Positions 40,998 to 51,546 are shown, numbered from the stretch's first letter. The stretch is 64,000 bases of DNA from a bacterium (GCA_021784815.1 JAJYHK010000005.1:25917-89916); one strand, 5' to 3'. The notes: generated by a model not told the origin, from the sequence alone. Numbers and translations: made by a program.

Positions 40998-42727
40998 CGC
41001 GCAACGGCGCCCGAGAGCGTCTTGCGGCGTATTTAGAACCCCTTACGCGGCAACGCCGTGTTCGGCTGTTTGAAGCTGTTTCCGTGCGTCTGCGCACGCT
41101 CCCGGCGAGTGATCGGCTTTTCTTAGGGATGCTCGGAGCACTGATCGCCATTACCGCCGTTGCGAGCGTCTTTGCGCTCGAGCACAAGCTCCTCGTCATC
41201 GTTCCTGCGTACGGCGGCACGCTCGTCGAGGGGGGTGTCGGTAGTCCGCGCTTTATAAATCCGCTCCTTGCTATTAGCGATGCAGATAACGACCTCACGA
41301 CGCTTACCTACGCCGGCCTCATGGGCATCTCGGGCGGCGGTTCGCTCGTGCCGGTTCTTGCCCAGAGCTATACCGTGTCGCCTGACGGTAAGACGTACAC
41401 CTTTACCCTGCGGCCGAATGCGCAATTCAGCAATGGTATGCCGGTTACTGCGCAAGACGTGGTATACACGGTGGAGAAAGCGCAGGATCCGGCGCTCAAG
41501 AGCCCGGAGTACGCTGACTGGGCGGGTATCGGGGTGACTGCCGTAGACCCGCACACGGTGCGCTTCACCCTCCCCCGGCCCTACGCGCCATTCCTTGAGC
41601 TCACGACCCTCGGCATCCTGCCCTCAGAGCTCTGGAAGGGCGCTTCGGTCGAAGACTTCCCGTTCTCACAACTTGAGACGCACCCTGTAGGCGCCGGGCC
41701 GTTCATGGTGACGAGCGTGTCGCGCAATTCGTCAGGCCTCATTACGAACGTGACGCTCGCGGAGAATCCCCACTACCCGCTCGGCCGGCCCTACTTGGGC
41801 GGCTTACAATTCAAGTTCTACTCCCGCATCGAAGACCTCGCCTCAGCACTCAAGAATGGCGCCATTGAGAGCGCGTACGGTATTTCTACGCCCGGTGCCC
41901 TACTCGCGCCCTATTCGCGCATCTTCGGGGTCTTCCTGAACCCGAGCGAAAACCAAGCTTATTCGCAGCCGGCAGTGCGCGAGGCGCTCTCGCTCGCGAT
42001 TGACCGGCAAGCGCTCGTGCAGAACGTGCTTGGGGGCTACGCCACGGCAATCATGGGTCCGGTTCCTCCGGGAAGCGGCATCACCCAGGCAGCGATCCCG
42101 AGCGCGGCGAACTACACCGCGGCGGCAGCCCAGGTACTCGAGCGCGCAGGCTGGTCCTACGACAGCAACGCGCGCGAGTGGAAGAACGGAAAACTCACGT
42201 TGCAAAACATCACCCTGCGCACGAGTAACGCCTCGGAGCTCAAGAATGTGGCGCTGGCCGTGCAGCGCGACTGGCAACAGCTAGGCGTCACCGTATCGGT
42301 CGAGCTGTATGAGCCGGGCGACCTCTCGCAAAACGTGATCCAGCCGCGCGCCTATGACGCGCTGCTCTACGGCGAGGTCATCGGCCGGAGTCAGGATCTG
42401 TACGCATTCTGGAATTCCCAGGAACAGAACAACCCCGGCCTCAATGTCGCGCTCTACGCGAACAAAAGCGTCGATGCGCTCCTTGAGGACGCGCGTACCA
42501 ATCCCAACCCGAAAGCCCGCCTCTCCGACCTGCAGCAAATCGAGATAACAATCGCTTCTGACTACGGCGCCGTTTTCCTCTACGCACCGGACTTCGTGTA
42601 CTCGGTCCCCGCAGGACTCCGCGGGGTGAAGTTACCCCAGATTGCCGCGCCCGCAGACCGGTTCGCGAATGTGTCGAAGTGGTACCTCGATACCGCGCGG
42701 GTTTGGCCGTTTTTTGCTAAGCAGTGA
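40994..42727 (+). CDS. Peptide ABC transporter substrate-binding protein (family 5)
   Basis: INPLL, DGKTYTFTL, PVGAGPF, VREALSLAID. Confidence 0.9.
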   Translation: MTRNGARERLAAYLEPLTRQRRVRLFEAVSVRLRTLPASDRLFLGMLGALIAITAVASVFALEHKLLVIVPAYGGTLVEGGVGSPRFINPLLAISDADNDLTTLTYAGLMGISGGGSLVPVLAQSYTVSPDGKTYTFTLRPNAQFSNGMPVTAQDVVYTVEKAQDPALKSPEYADWAGIGVTAVDPHTVRFTLPRPYAPFLELTTLGILPSELWKGASVEDFPFSQLETHPVGAGPFMVTSVSRNSSGLITNVTLAENPHYPLGRPYLGGLQFKFYSRIEDLASALKNGAIESAYGISTPGALLAPYSRIFGVFLNPSENQAYSQPAVREALSLAIDRQALVQNVLGGYATAIMGPVPPGSGITQAAIPSAANYTAAAAQVLERAGWSYDSNAREWKNGKLTLQNITLRTSNASELKNVALAVQRDWQQLGVTVSVELYEPGDLSQNVIQPRAYDALLYGEVIGRSQDLYAFWNSQEQNNPGLNVALYANKSVDALLEDARTNPNPKARLSDLQQIEITIASDYGAVFLYAPDFVYSVPAGLRGVKLPQIAAPADRFANVSKWYLDTARVWPFFAKQ

Positions 42728-42798
42728 CCTTTTTCGTACGGGTTTGGCGTTCGTACTTTGTTAATTGCAAGCCCTTTATTCAACTATTGACTTGATCT

Positions 42799-44706
42799 AT
42801 GAATTCATCACCTGCTCCGGCGCCTGCTCCCGAACGGAGCGCCCCTCGCGGACAAACTTCCCACCCTTCGGCGCGTCCTGAGCGCGCAAACGGTGACCGA
42901 CCGCAACGACGGCGCGGCGGCGGCTCGCGCGGCAACAGCGCCCGGCGCATCCAGCGCATGCGCGGTCGCGCGCCCTCCGCACCCACTAAACCGCGCGGCG
43001 CAGACTACTACCCCGACCCGGTCGGGGGAAACGCGGTACGCATCATTCCGCTGGGCGGCGCCGAAGAGGTCGGCCGCAACTGTTTCGCGGTCGAGGTGGG
43101 CGCAACCGGCGACATTATCGTCCTCGACGCGGGCTTCCAGTTCGTCTCTGAAGACGGCAGCGGCCCAGGCGTCGACTACCTCCTCCCCAACACCCGCTAT
43201 CTCGAGCACAACCAGGATCGCGTCCGCGGCGTCATCATCACCCACGGCCATCTCGACCACATCGGCGGTATCCCTTTCCTCCTGCCGCGCTTTGGCACCC
43301 CGCCGATCTACACCCAGCGTCTTACCTCGGTCATGATCCAGCGCCGTCAGGAAGAATTCCCGGACGTGCCTAGGCCCGAGATGGTCGAGGTTGAGGTCGG
43401 TCAAACGGTCACTATCGGCTCGACCAAGGTGAAGTTCTTCCCGGTGACCCACTCAATCCCCGACTCCATGGGCGTCTCGATCATGACCCCGCAGGGCAAC
43501 GTCGTCGTCACCGGTGATCTCAAGCTCGAGCATGACGGCACGACGCCGAGCGAACACGAACAGAAGACCTGGGGCGATATCGGTAAGGACAAGAACATCT
43601 TCTTCATTGCCGACTCGACGAATGCCGAGCGCGACGGCTTTTCGATCCCGGAAAAACGCGTCAACGACACGCTCGAAAACATCGTGAAGACGGTGAACGG
43701 CCGGCTCATCATCGGCACCTTCGCCTCGCAGTTCGAGCGCATGGTGCGCATTATCCAGATTGCCGAGAAGCTCGGCAAAAAGATCGTCACCGAGGGCCGT
43801 TCGATCAAGAACAACATCGAGATCGCGCAGATGACCGGCCTCCTCAAGATGGATAAGGATACGATCATTCCGGCCCAGGATATCGGCGACTACCCGCCGG
43901 ACAAGATTCTCATTCTCTGCACCGGCGCCCAGGGCGAGCAGTTCGCCGCCTTGATGCGCATCGCGACCAACCAGCACAAGTACATCACGCTCAACAGCCG
44001 CGACACGATCGTGCTCTCTTCTTCGGTTATTCCGGGCAACGAAATCTCCGTGCAGACGCTCAAGGACAATCTCTACCGCCATGATATAACCCTGATCCAC
44101 TACCGCTCGAGTGACGTGCACTCGACCGGCCACGGTAACGCCGGCGAGCTCGTGTGGATCAACCAGCAGGTCGGTGCGAAGTTCTTCATGCCCTACTACG
44201 GCTACCACTCGATGCTCCGCTGCCATGCCCGCGCAGTCGAGCAAGCAGGCCGTCCCAAGGACACGATCGTGATCCCGGACAACGGCATGGTCATCGATGT
44301 AGAGGACGGCGAACGGCTTAACATCCATAAACAGAAGGTGCCGGCGTCCGCGATGGTCGTCGATGGCTTCACGATCGGCGACATCCAGGAAGTCGTTATC
44401 CGCGACCGCCAAGCGCTCTCCAAAGACGGCATGTTCGTCATCGTCGTGAGCGTGAACATGAAGACCGGCAAACTGCGCAAGTCGCCTGACATCATGAGCC
44501 GCGGCTTCGTGTACCTGCGCGAGTCGCAAGCGCTCCTGAACGAAGCGCGGCTGCTCATTAAAAAGACCGTCGAGGACTCGACGCGCGGCATGAACCCGAT
44601 CGACCTCGACTACGTCAAGAACAATCTGGCAGACGTCATGAGCGGGTTTCTCTTTGCGCGCACGAACAAGGCGCCGCTGGTGCTGCCGATGGTCATCGGC
44701 ATGTAG
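42799..44706 (+). CDS. rnj: Ribonuclease J
   Basis: PLGG.EEVGRN, HGHLDHIG, DSTN, HSTGH. Confidence 0.95.
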   Translation: MNSSPAPAPAPERSAPRGQTSHPSARPERANGDRPQRRRGGGSRGNSARRIQRMRGRAPSAPTKPRGADYYPDPVGGNAVRIIPLGGAEEVGRNCFAVEVGATGDIIVLDAGFQFVSEDGSGPGVDYLLPNTRYLEHNQDRVRGVIITHGHLDHIGGIPFLLPRFGTPPIYTQRLTSVMIQRRQEEFPDVPRPEMVEVEVGQTVTIGSTKVKFFPVTHSIPDSMGVSIMTPQGNVVVTGDLKLEHDGTTPSEHEQKTWGDIGKDKNIFFIADSTNAERDGFSIPEKRVNDTLENIVKTVNGRLIIGTFASQFERMVRIIQIAEKLGKKIVTEGRSIKNNIEIAQMTGLLKMDKDTIIPAQDIGDYPPDKILILCTGAQGEQFAALMRIATNQHKYITLNSRDTIVLSSSVIPGNEISVQTLKDNLYRHDITLIHYRSSDVHSTGHGNAGELVWINQQVGAKFFMPYYGYHSMLRCHARAVEQAGRPKDTIVIPDNGMVIDVEDGERLNIHKQKVPASAMVVDGFTIGDIQEVVIRDRQALSKDGMFVIVVSVNMKTGKLRKSPDIMSRGFVYLRESQALLNEARLLIKKTVEDSTRGMNPIDLDYVKNNLADVMSGFLFARTNKAPLVLPMVIGM

Positions 44707-44727
44707 GCAAAAACAGTCACGAAACAA

Positions 44728-44761
44728 CCACGGCCTCCCTTCGGGAGGCCGTGGTTGTTTG
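44728..44761. terminator. Bidirectional terminator between rnj and mutY
   Basis: ACCACGGCCTCCC-TTC-GGGAGGCCGTGGT hairpin. Confidence 0.75.
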
Positions 44762-44762
44762 C

Positions 44763-45560
44763 TTAGGCGAGCCGCCAATTCCTTTGTACTTTCACAATGA
44801 ACCCCTCCTCCTTTAGCTTGCTGAGCGCCACGGCGAGCTGGTCGCGGCGGTCGTCGCCCAGGAGCCCGAGGAGACGTGCTTCGGTCTGCGAGCCCTTTGC
44901 GAGTTCTTTGAGAATGGCGCCCCGCGCCTCGCGGTTACTCCCGCTAAATTTCGACTGCTTGGTGTAGTGCGAGCTCCTCGCATTTATCCGCACGCCCGAG
45001 CGCTTGAGAAACGAGCCGTAGTCCATGAGCGCGTAGTACCACTCGCGCACGTTCCCCTTCGGCATCACTTTATGCAAAATCTCCGCTATTTCTTTGTCAC
45101 TGACTTTCTCCTGTCCGGGAAAGAAGTGGTGCGTGATGGCGGTGCGGACGTTCGTCTCAAGCACGAGCCCGGGTTCGTCCCACGCAAACGCCGCGACAGC
45201 GGTGGCTGTGTACGGTCCCACGCCGGACAGCTTCTCTAACTCGGCCACGCTCTCGGGCATGCCTTCTTTTGCAATCTGCTTGGCGGCTTCGTGGAGCATC
45301 TTCGCGCGGCGGTTGTAACCAAGCCCCTGCCAGGTCTTGAGCACTTCGCTGAGCGGCGCTGCGGCAAGCCGCCGCGCCGTCGGAAACCGTCTCAAAAACT
45401 CCCGATAGTACGGCTCGACCCGCTCCACCTGCGTCTGCTGGAGCATGACCTCGCTCACCAAAATCTTGTACAGGTCACGCGTCTTTCTCCACGACAGCTC
45501 GTGCCGCCCGTGCTTTTTATAGTGCGTCCACACTAACCGCCTAAACTTTTGAACTTTCAT
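44763..45560 (-). CDS. mutY: A/G-specific adenine glycosylase (short form)
   Basis: VSEVMLQQT, WQGLGYNRRA, GVGPYTA. Confidence 0.9.
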   Translation of the reverse strand: MKVQKFRRLVWTHYKKHGRHELSWRKTRDLYKILVSEVMLQQTQVERVEPYYREFLRRFPTARRLAAAPLSEVLKTWQGLGYNRRAKMLHEAAKQIAKEGMPESVAELEKLSGVGPYTATAVAAFAWDEPGLVLETNVRTAITHHFFPGQEKVSDKEIAEILHKVMPKGNVREWYYALMDYGSFLKRSGVRINARSSHYTKQSKFSGSNREARGAILKELAKGSQTEARLLGLLGDDRRDQLAVALSKLKEEGFIVKVQRNWRLA

Positions 45561-45566
45561 TCCGTC

Positions 45567-46163
45567 TTAAACAAGCAGCACCTCAATTCTGTCCGCGAGC
45601 GTTTCAACCGGTGAGGCACAGAGTGTATGGAACCCATGCTGCTGCGCCTGCTTTCGTACGACTTCGCTGTAGGAAAAAGAAAACGCAACGTTAGTGTCGA
45701 TCGTTTCAGCCGCTTTTCCATGCCGATTTCGCTCCAGCTGCTTTGTTTTTATTGCGCCTGGTTCATCGTACAAAAATACCGCAGCAACGCCTTCCTGAGA
45801 ACGCTGTGCAAGCATTTCAGGAATAAGGGCATCCCCTTCCATGATTATTTTCTCACCTAGGCGCACGTGCTTTGAGATTATGGAATCGACTCCCGGCCAG
45901 AGCGCGCGGCCGACATTGAGCAGATTCTCAACGAACTCCTCATTACTAAACCGCTCATGGTAATCGGGCGTATCAACAAATGTGTACAGAGCCGGTTGCG
46001 CCTCTCTCGGAACCATAGACCGCACGGCGATCCGCAAATCATCGAGTTCCAAAAAGGGCGCGCTGTAGCGTTGCGCAAGTTCTCGGGCAGCACTCGACTT
46101 TCCTATACCCGAGGTACCGCCAATCAACAGAACCTTCCACTTCGCCTCCGTGTCAGATCTCAT
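45567..46163 (-). CDS. P-loop kinase (2-phosphoglycerate kinase-like)
   Basis: GGTSGIGKS, IMEG. Confidence 0.7.
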   Translation of the reverse strand: MRSDTEAKWKVLLIGGTSGIGKSSAARELAQRYSAPFLELDDLRIAVRSMVPREAQPALYTFVDTPDYHERFSNEEFVENLLNVGRALWPGVDSIISKHVRLGEKIIMEGDALIPEMLAQRSQEGVAAVFLYDEPGAIKTKQLERNRHGKAAETIDTNVAFSFSYSEVVRKQAQQHGFHTLCASPVETLADRIEVLLV

Positions 46164-46842
46164 AAATCACGTCCTTGCGCTCGACGACAATCGGCCAGCC
46201 GCGGCGTTTCGCATGAGCATAGAGCTTTTGGTTCGGATTGAAAGCGACCGGTTGCTCGACCGCCTCGAGCATCGGGATATCGCTCTCGGTGTCGCCCACC
46301 GCAATCGACCCTTCGAGTGCGAGGCCCTCTTTGCGCACCGCCCGCTGAAGCACCGCGGCTTTATTGAGAATGAGCTCTTTGTCATCCACCTCGCCGGTGA
46401 ACTGGTTCGACGGGCCGGTCGCATAGAACGTACCGTACACCTTGTCGAATCCGTGCTCGTATCCGAAGCCGTCTATAATGAACTTCGGCGAGAGCGAAAT
46501 GCCGAGTATGAAATAGCCCCTCTGCTTGAGCGCTTTAATTCGATCGCGCGTGTAGCGGTACACGCGGTCGCGCTTTTCTTCTAGTACCTCGCCTGCGAGG
46601 TTCGCAACCTCCTCGTACGGCAGCCCCTTTATCTGCGCGCCAAAGGTGGCGACCACTTTCTCGATGTACGCCTCGTAGTCGCCCTTTCGATCGAGCCACT
46701 GCTTCTGCTCGCGCTCGTAGGTCTCCCGCGCCGCGCGCGGGAAGAGCCCCGCTTCGATAAGCCGCTCGGCGAGCTCGATGAAGAGCGACGACCGAAACAC
46801 CGTTCCGTCTATGTCGAATGCTGCGACCGGGCGTTTCCCCAT
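46153..46842 (-). CDS. HAD-IB family phosphatase
   Basis: FDIDGT, GDTESD. Confidence 0.88.
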   Translation of the reverse strand: MGKRPVAAFDIDGTVFRSSLFIELAERLIEAGLFPRAARETYEREQKQWLDRKGDYEAYIEKVVATFGAQIKGLPYEEVANLAGEVLEEKRDRVYRYTRDRIKALKQRGYFILGISLSPKFIIDGFGYEHGFDKVYGTFYATGPSNQFTGEVDDKELILNKAAVLQRAVRKEGLALEGSIAVGDTESDIPMLEAVEQPVAFNPNQKLYAHAKRRGWPIVVERKDVIYEI

Positions 46843-46857
46843 CGCTCGTATCCTACC

Positions 46858-47517
46858 CTATTTCGCCTTGGGCCAGCGAGTCGCCGATTCTTTCCAAAGC
46901 TTCGTGAGCGGGTGGCGAACGCAGTCGTGCGGACGCGCGGGACACATGTAACGCCCGTAGAGCACAAGGCCGTTGTTCACGTACTTCCAGTCCCTTTTCG
47001 GCACAAGCTGCTCGAGATCTTTGGAAATCTTCTTAAGATCGTTAGCGTCGGTAAGGTCAAAACGCTTCGCAAAGCGCTTCACGTGCGTATCGGTCGCGAT
47101 ACCCTCCCATACGTCGAAAAGCTCGCCCAAAATCACATGCGCGGTTTTGTAGCCGATACCCGGCAGTGCAACAAGCTCCGCCTCGGTGCGCGGTACCCTG
47201 CCCTTATGCTTTTCTTCAATCACCTTCGCCGCTCCCAAAATCGCCTTGGCTTTATTGCGAAAAAGCGGGATCGAGGAAATCTCTTTTGTGAACGTCCCCA
47301 AAGACGCTTGCGCGAAGTCGCGCGGCATTTTGTACTTCTTCCAGAGTGTCCCGGTGGCCTTGTTTACTGCCTTGTCCGTGCACTGGGCTGAAAGCATCAC
47401 CGCCGCGACGAACTGGAAATTGGTCTTATACTTGAGCTCGCTCTTCGGCTTTGGATATGCTTTTTTAAGATAATCGACGATTTTCCTCGCGCGCGCAGCG
47501 CGGATGCGGGAACGCAT
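46858..47517 (-). CDS. nth: Endonuclease III
   Basis: LSAQCTD, LPGIGYKTA, DTHV. Confidence 0.92.
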   Translation of the reverse strand: MRSRIRAARARKIVDYLKKAYPKPKSELKYKTNFQFVAAVMLSAQCTDKAVNKATGTLWKKYKMPRDFAQASLGTFTKEISSIPLFRNKAKAILGAAKVIEEKHKGRVPRTEAELVALPGIGYKTAHVILGELFDVWEGIATDTHVKRFAKRFDLTDANDLKKISKDLEQLVPKRDWKYVNNGLVLYGRYMCPARPHDCVRHPLTKLWKESATRWPKAK

Positions 47518-47579
47518 AGCTCCACGGTAGCACAAAAGCAAAGCGGCCCCATCACGGAGCCGCCAATGCCGGATATGCG

Positions 47580-47933
47580 TCACAAGCGTCCGGCTACTTC
47601 GGCGAGTAGCCAGATGAAAAACCACCGCGTTTGCTCCTTTCGTTGTTTTTTGTCGCCGGTTGCGATGCGGTCCAGTCGATCGTTAATGTCCAAGAAGCAT
47701 TTGCGTGCCGCCGCGCACGCAGCCCGGTCAGCCAAGGCGGGTTGCCCTGTGGAATCGTACTCGATCCTGCTTACGCCAACGACCCGTCCGGTTCGTTTGT
47801 ACATCAGCCCGATAATAAGCACCCACAGCAGGAATCGTTTCTGGTCCTTCTGTGGGAACTTCGCTGCCCTGCGCATCACGACGGCTTCAAGCTCGCGCAG
47901 AGGACAAATTGTTTCGAAACCGATCTCAACCAC
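47580..47933 (-). CDS. Hypothetical protein
   Basis: ORF filling the nth-bcp gap; no recognised motif. Confidence 0.35.
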   Translation of the reverse strand: MVEIGFETICPLRELEAVVMRRAAKFPQKDQKRFLLWVLIIGLMYKRTGRVVGVSRIEYDSTGQPALADRAACAAARKCFLDINDRLDRIATGDKKQRKEQTRWFFIWLLAEVAGRL

Positions 47934-47995
47934 GTCGATACTCCCCGCATTCTTGGGCCCGATCTCACCCTACGTCCTGCGCTCCTTGAGCGCAA

Positions 47996-48472
47996 CTATC
48001 GCGCACGTTCATGCAAATCGGCTATGACCTCGGCCGCATGATTTTCCGGCTTCACCTTCTCGTATATCTTGGCAACCTTCCCTTCCGGGTCGATGAGGAA
48101 CGACGTGCGGCTCGTACCCATATAGGCCTTCCCCCTCATCTTCTTCTCGCCGAAGACGCCGTACTGGTTCACCACCTCTTTGTGCTCATCAGCAAGGAGC
48201 GTAAAGGGCAACTCGTAGGCGGTCGCGAACTTCTTGTGGCTCGCGACGCTGTCGGTCGAGATGCCGAGCACTATCGCACCGATCTTTCCGAAATCGGCGA
48301 ACTGATCGCGAATCGTGCACGCCTCAAGCGTACAGCCAGGCGTATCATCTTTCGGGTAAAAATACAGCAGTACCCATTTGCCGCGATACTCAGAAAAGGC
48401 GTGGCTGTTGCCGTCTTGGTCTTGGAGCGTGAATTCAGGAGCGATACTTCCGACCGCAGGAATCTGTGCCAT
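47996..48472 (-). CDS. bcp: Peroxiredoxin BCP/PrxQ
   Basis: FYPKDDTPGCTLEAC. Confidence 0.93.
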   Translation of the reverse strand: MAQIPAVGSIAPEFTLQDQDGNSHAFSEYRGKWVLLYFYPKDDTPGCTLEACTIRDQFADFGKIGAIVLGISTDSVASHKKFATAYELPFTLLADEHKEVVNQYGVFGEKKMRGKAYMGTSRTSFLIDPEGKVAKIYEKVKPENHAAEVIADLHERAR

Positions 48473-48533
48473 GCATGCTCCAGTATACTCGCAATAAACC
48501 CGAATACATAATGGCAATGCCGTCACGTGAGTA

Positions 48534-49007
48534 TCACCGCGACGCTATGGGCAGCCCCTCACGCTCCCGCGACTCGGGGAGTCCTCGCCTGCGGACCGGT
48601 TCGATGCGCGTCGCGAATATAAAAATGAGGAACGCAATAATCGCCGAGCCGAGGCAATACTCACAGAGCGCCTGGATCACGAATACCTGTAGCAACGTGA
48701 AGGCAACAGAGACCAGCAAACCGGCTGCGGCAAAGACTTGGAGCACGCGCCGCAGGAGCCGATCAAAAATGGCGAGCTCAAGCGCCGAAAGTGCGAAGAC
48801 TACGCCGTAAAACAGGAGCCCATATTCGGCAACGGGAACGCCGAAGATATGCGAATACGGACTCTGCGCCACGATATTGCATCCCGAGAGGTGCGTAAGG
48901 TCGCATTGAAGGGGCGTCCCGCTAATCTCGTGCTGCGCGAGATAGGCCGAGTCGGCAAGGCCGCAAAACGCAAGCACAAGTATGAAGATGACGCCCAGCC
49001 GCTTCAT
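48534..49007 (-). CDS. Vitamin K epoxide reductase family protein
   Basis: C..C loop pair, SPYS, CEYC. Confidence 0.9.
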   Translation of the reverse strand: MKRLGVIFILVLAFCGLADSAYLAQHEISGTPLQCDLTHLSGCNIVAQSPYSHIFGVPVAEYGLLFYGVVFALSALELAIFDRLLRRVLQVFAAAGLLVSVAFTLLQVFVIQALCEYCLGSAIIAFLIFIFATRIEPVRRRGLPESREREGLPIASR

Positions 49008-49265
49008 AATGATGTCTTCACCATACGCGCCGAAAGTCCCCTCTGCAAGCCCCGAAGCGCAGCGACACGTTGGGTGCCGCGCTTGCCTTCCTGTGCGGGA
49101 AGGAGCCGCGCAGCGCATCACGAGGTCGCCCTATGGGGAAGAAACCGGCCTCGCATTTGCATCGTTATGACTCACAGAGGCTCGTTCACAAGGGCCAGCC
49201 CGAGGCACCCCCTTGTCTCGCCGTTTCGCTCCAGCGAAACGGCTTACCCATAAACCGCATGGTGT

Positions 49266-49449
49266 ATGCGCATGTTCTGCGCGCTCGGGTTTGGCGTCTT
49301 TCTCATCATTTTGGCAACGCTCATGCCAGAGGTGTTTGCACAGCTCTCGAGGACCCTCGTCGTAATTCCTCCCGAGCTCCCAGCAAGCATTCGCCGCTGC
49401 CGGGATTGTCGCTTCGCACGCCCCCGGCATCGTTGCTGCCACTCACTAA
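49266..49449 (+). pseudogene. Small membrane protein with an apparent +1 frameshift near 49365
   Basis: MRMFCALGFGVFLIIL... continues as FLPSSQQAFAAAG...ATH* if one A is removed. Confidence 0.45.
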
Positions 49450-49493
49450 AAACATCGCGCCGCTCATTCGAGCGGCGTCGTGCTAGCGCTTCC

Positions 49494-49957
49494 TCAACAA
49501 CACTCCTGATCGCCAGACTCGCTTTCCTGCGACTCGGGCTCACCCATAAACCGATTGGTCCCGGCCTCCTCCCGCTCATGTACCGCTGGCTCCGAAAGCC
49601 CGAAGTAGTGCCCCACCTCGTGCCAGAGCGTTTCTCGTATCGCAAGCCGCACCGCTTCTTCGAAGGTGGGCGCGCGGCGCTCGTCGAGGAGCGCCCGCGC
49701 CTCGTCGAGGAGCGGCAGCCGATAAAGCGTAATGGTGTCGGGGAGCACACCGCTATAGAACTCGCCTCGGTCATTTGCAGGCACGCCCCGATAGAGTCCG
49801 AGCAAGGTCTCGTCGGACCCAAGTCCCTCCTCGCGCAACACCCCGGCGCTCGGTTCGTCCTCAATCAGGAGGGCGACATTTTCGATTCGGCGCGCGAAGC
49901 GCGCCGGAATCTTCCGAGATTCTTCCGCTCGAGGCGTTCGAATGTTTTTGCGTCCAT
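49494..49957 (-). pseudogene. Zincin-like metallopeptidase, frameshift near 49930
   Basis: LLGLYRG, LPDTITLYR, HEVGHYFG. The natural start MDAKTFERL is in another frame. Confidence 0.75.
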
Positions 49958-50097
49958 ACCCATGCGAAGGGTTGCTGTTCGCGATTCCCAACAGGCTATC
50001 AGGTAGACGACACCACCGCCCAGAGGCGGTGGTGTCGAACGCAGCCCCGCGCCAAGGCGAGTGAACGCTACTACGCTCGCTAGCAGCAGCGTTCCGG

Positions 50098-50967
50098 CTA
50101 GAAGCCGTTCTCGTCAAGAGTGCGGAGCTGCTTGTAAGGGCGAATGCCCCTACACTCACTGTTACGCGCAATGGACAATATTCTTTCAGTGCTCGAAGAG
50201 AAGATAGCGATGGGTGGCGTGAGCGCCGGCGCGCCGAGGCCGAACACGCGCCACGGGAACACGAAACACGCATGGAAAATCGTGCTTGAGGCGGACGCGC
50301 CCGCTATCGGCACACCAACAATGCGCACCATTCCGCCGCGCGCGAGCACGGTAAGGTCGATGCCCCGTAGATCCGATGCGTCTATCTTCCATAGATGCCC
50401 GGAGAAGTCCTTGAGCACGAAGCCCAGTGGAGAAGAGGACGCGGCCGACACTACGACGCCGCCGAGCAATCCTTTAGTCGGATTCAGCCACCAGTTGCGC
50501 TCCTGCTCCAAAATGGGCCGATAGAAAGGCGGAAAACTGCCGATGGATTCTTCGATTTGGCCGCCATATCCGCCGGCATAGAGCGCACCCCCGAGCGTTA
50601 CCGAGGTGAGCACCGCCCCTATTGCGATGAGCGAAAGCGGATAACGATAGCCGCGCTTGGTGTGGCGGATGTTGAAGTAGCCAATGAGCACAAAAACCGC
50701 AAGCGCCAGGATCCACAGAAACGGCACGACCGAGAGCATGAAGGAAAAGAGGTCCGAGTGCGTTACCAGGTACAGGCGCCAGGTCGTATTTTCGATCTCG
50801 AAGAGGGCCGCGGAAAAAGCGACGGCGCCCAGCGCGACTGCAAGCGCGCCCACCGCCCAGAACAGGTAGTTCTTGAGCAAAAACTCCCAACGCGGACGCG
50901 GATGCACACCCTCGATTTTGATTCGATTAAGAACGCGCTCGACAAACTGGTCGGAGGTGTCGGTCAT
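50098..50967 (-). CDS. Putative membrane anti-sigma factor
   Basis: PRPRWEF, 3 TM, GYRYPL; paralog of 31873-32592. Confidence 0.68.
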   Translation of the reverse strand: MTDTSDQFVERVLNRIKIEGVHPRPRWEFLLKNYLFWAVGALAVALGAVAFSAALFEIENTTWRLYLVTHSDLFSFMLSVVPFLWILALAVFVLIGYFNIRHTKRGYRYPLSLIAIGAVLTSVTLGGALYAGGYGGQIEESIGSFPPFYRPILEQERNWWLNPTKGLLGGVVVSAASSSPLGFVLKDFSGHLWKIDASDLRGIDLTVLARGGMVRIVGVPIAGASASSTIFHACFVFPWRVFGLGAPALTPPIAIFSSSTERILSIARNSECRGIRPYKQLRTLDENGF

Positions 50968-50976
50968 GGGAAGGCG

Positions 50977-51546
50977 TTAGAGCGAGAATGTTTTTGGGAG
51001 GGCGGCGCGCAAAGCGCGCTTTGCCCGATAAATAAGCGTAGAAACGGTTCCGAGCGGTACCTGGAGAATATCAGAAATTTCGGTATAGGAACGATCATCG
51101 AAGAAGCGCAGAATGAGCACCTCCCGGTAGTGCGAATCGATAACCGCAAGCGCGCGGGAGAGCTCCTCCCGCGAGAGCCGCCGCTCAGCAGCCCCGGCGG
51201 AGTCCGCGTGCTCGTCGCGTAGTTCAGACATGAGGAATTCGCTGTCCTCACTTAGGACCACCTGTGGCCGGGCGCGGCGAGCGCGGAAAAAGCTCATGGC
51301 TTCATTGTGCGCAATGCGGTAGATCCACGACGAAAACGACAGTGCCGGGTCGAAACTGTTGAGGTTTCGATATGCCTTGATAAATACGTTCTGCAGAATG
51401 TCTTCACGATCTTCGCGCACACCCACGCCGAGCCGCTCCAGGTAACGGCCAAGCTTCGCCTCATAGCGGCTAATGAGTTGCGCGAAGGCGTCTTTCTCGG
51501 CGATTGTCCTGCGGACAATTTCTTCATCGGTCGGTTCTCCCGGCAT
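50977..51546 (-). CDS. ECF RNA polymerase sigma factor
   Basis: DILQNVFIK, FSSWIYRIAHN, SYTEIS..GTV. Confidence 0.92.
   Translation of the reverse strand: MPGEPTDEEIVRRTIAEKDAFAQLISRYEAKLGRYLERLGVGVREDREDILQNVFIKAYRNLNSFDPALSFSSWIYRIAHNEAMSFFRARRARPQVVLSEDSEFLMSELRDEHADSAGAAERRLSREELSRALAVIDSHYREVLILRFFDDRSYTEISDILQVPLGTVSTLIYRAKRALRAALPKTFSL

Noticed and set aside
49090-49115. SRP (4.5S) RNA, suggested by GGAAGG
   Set aside because: It lacks the conserved CAGG/AGCAG internal loop around a GGAA tetraloop.
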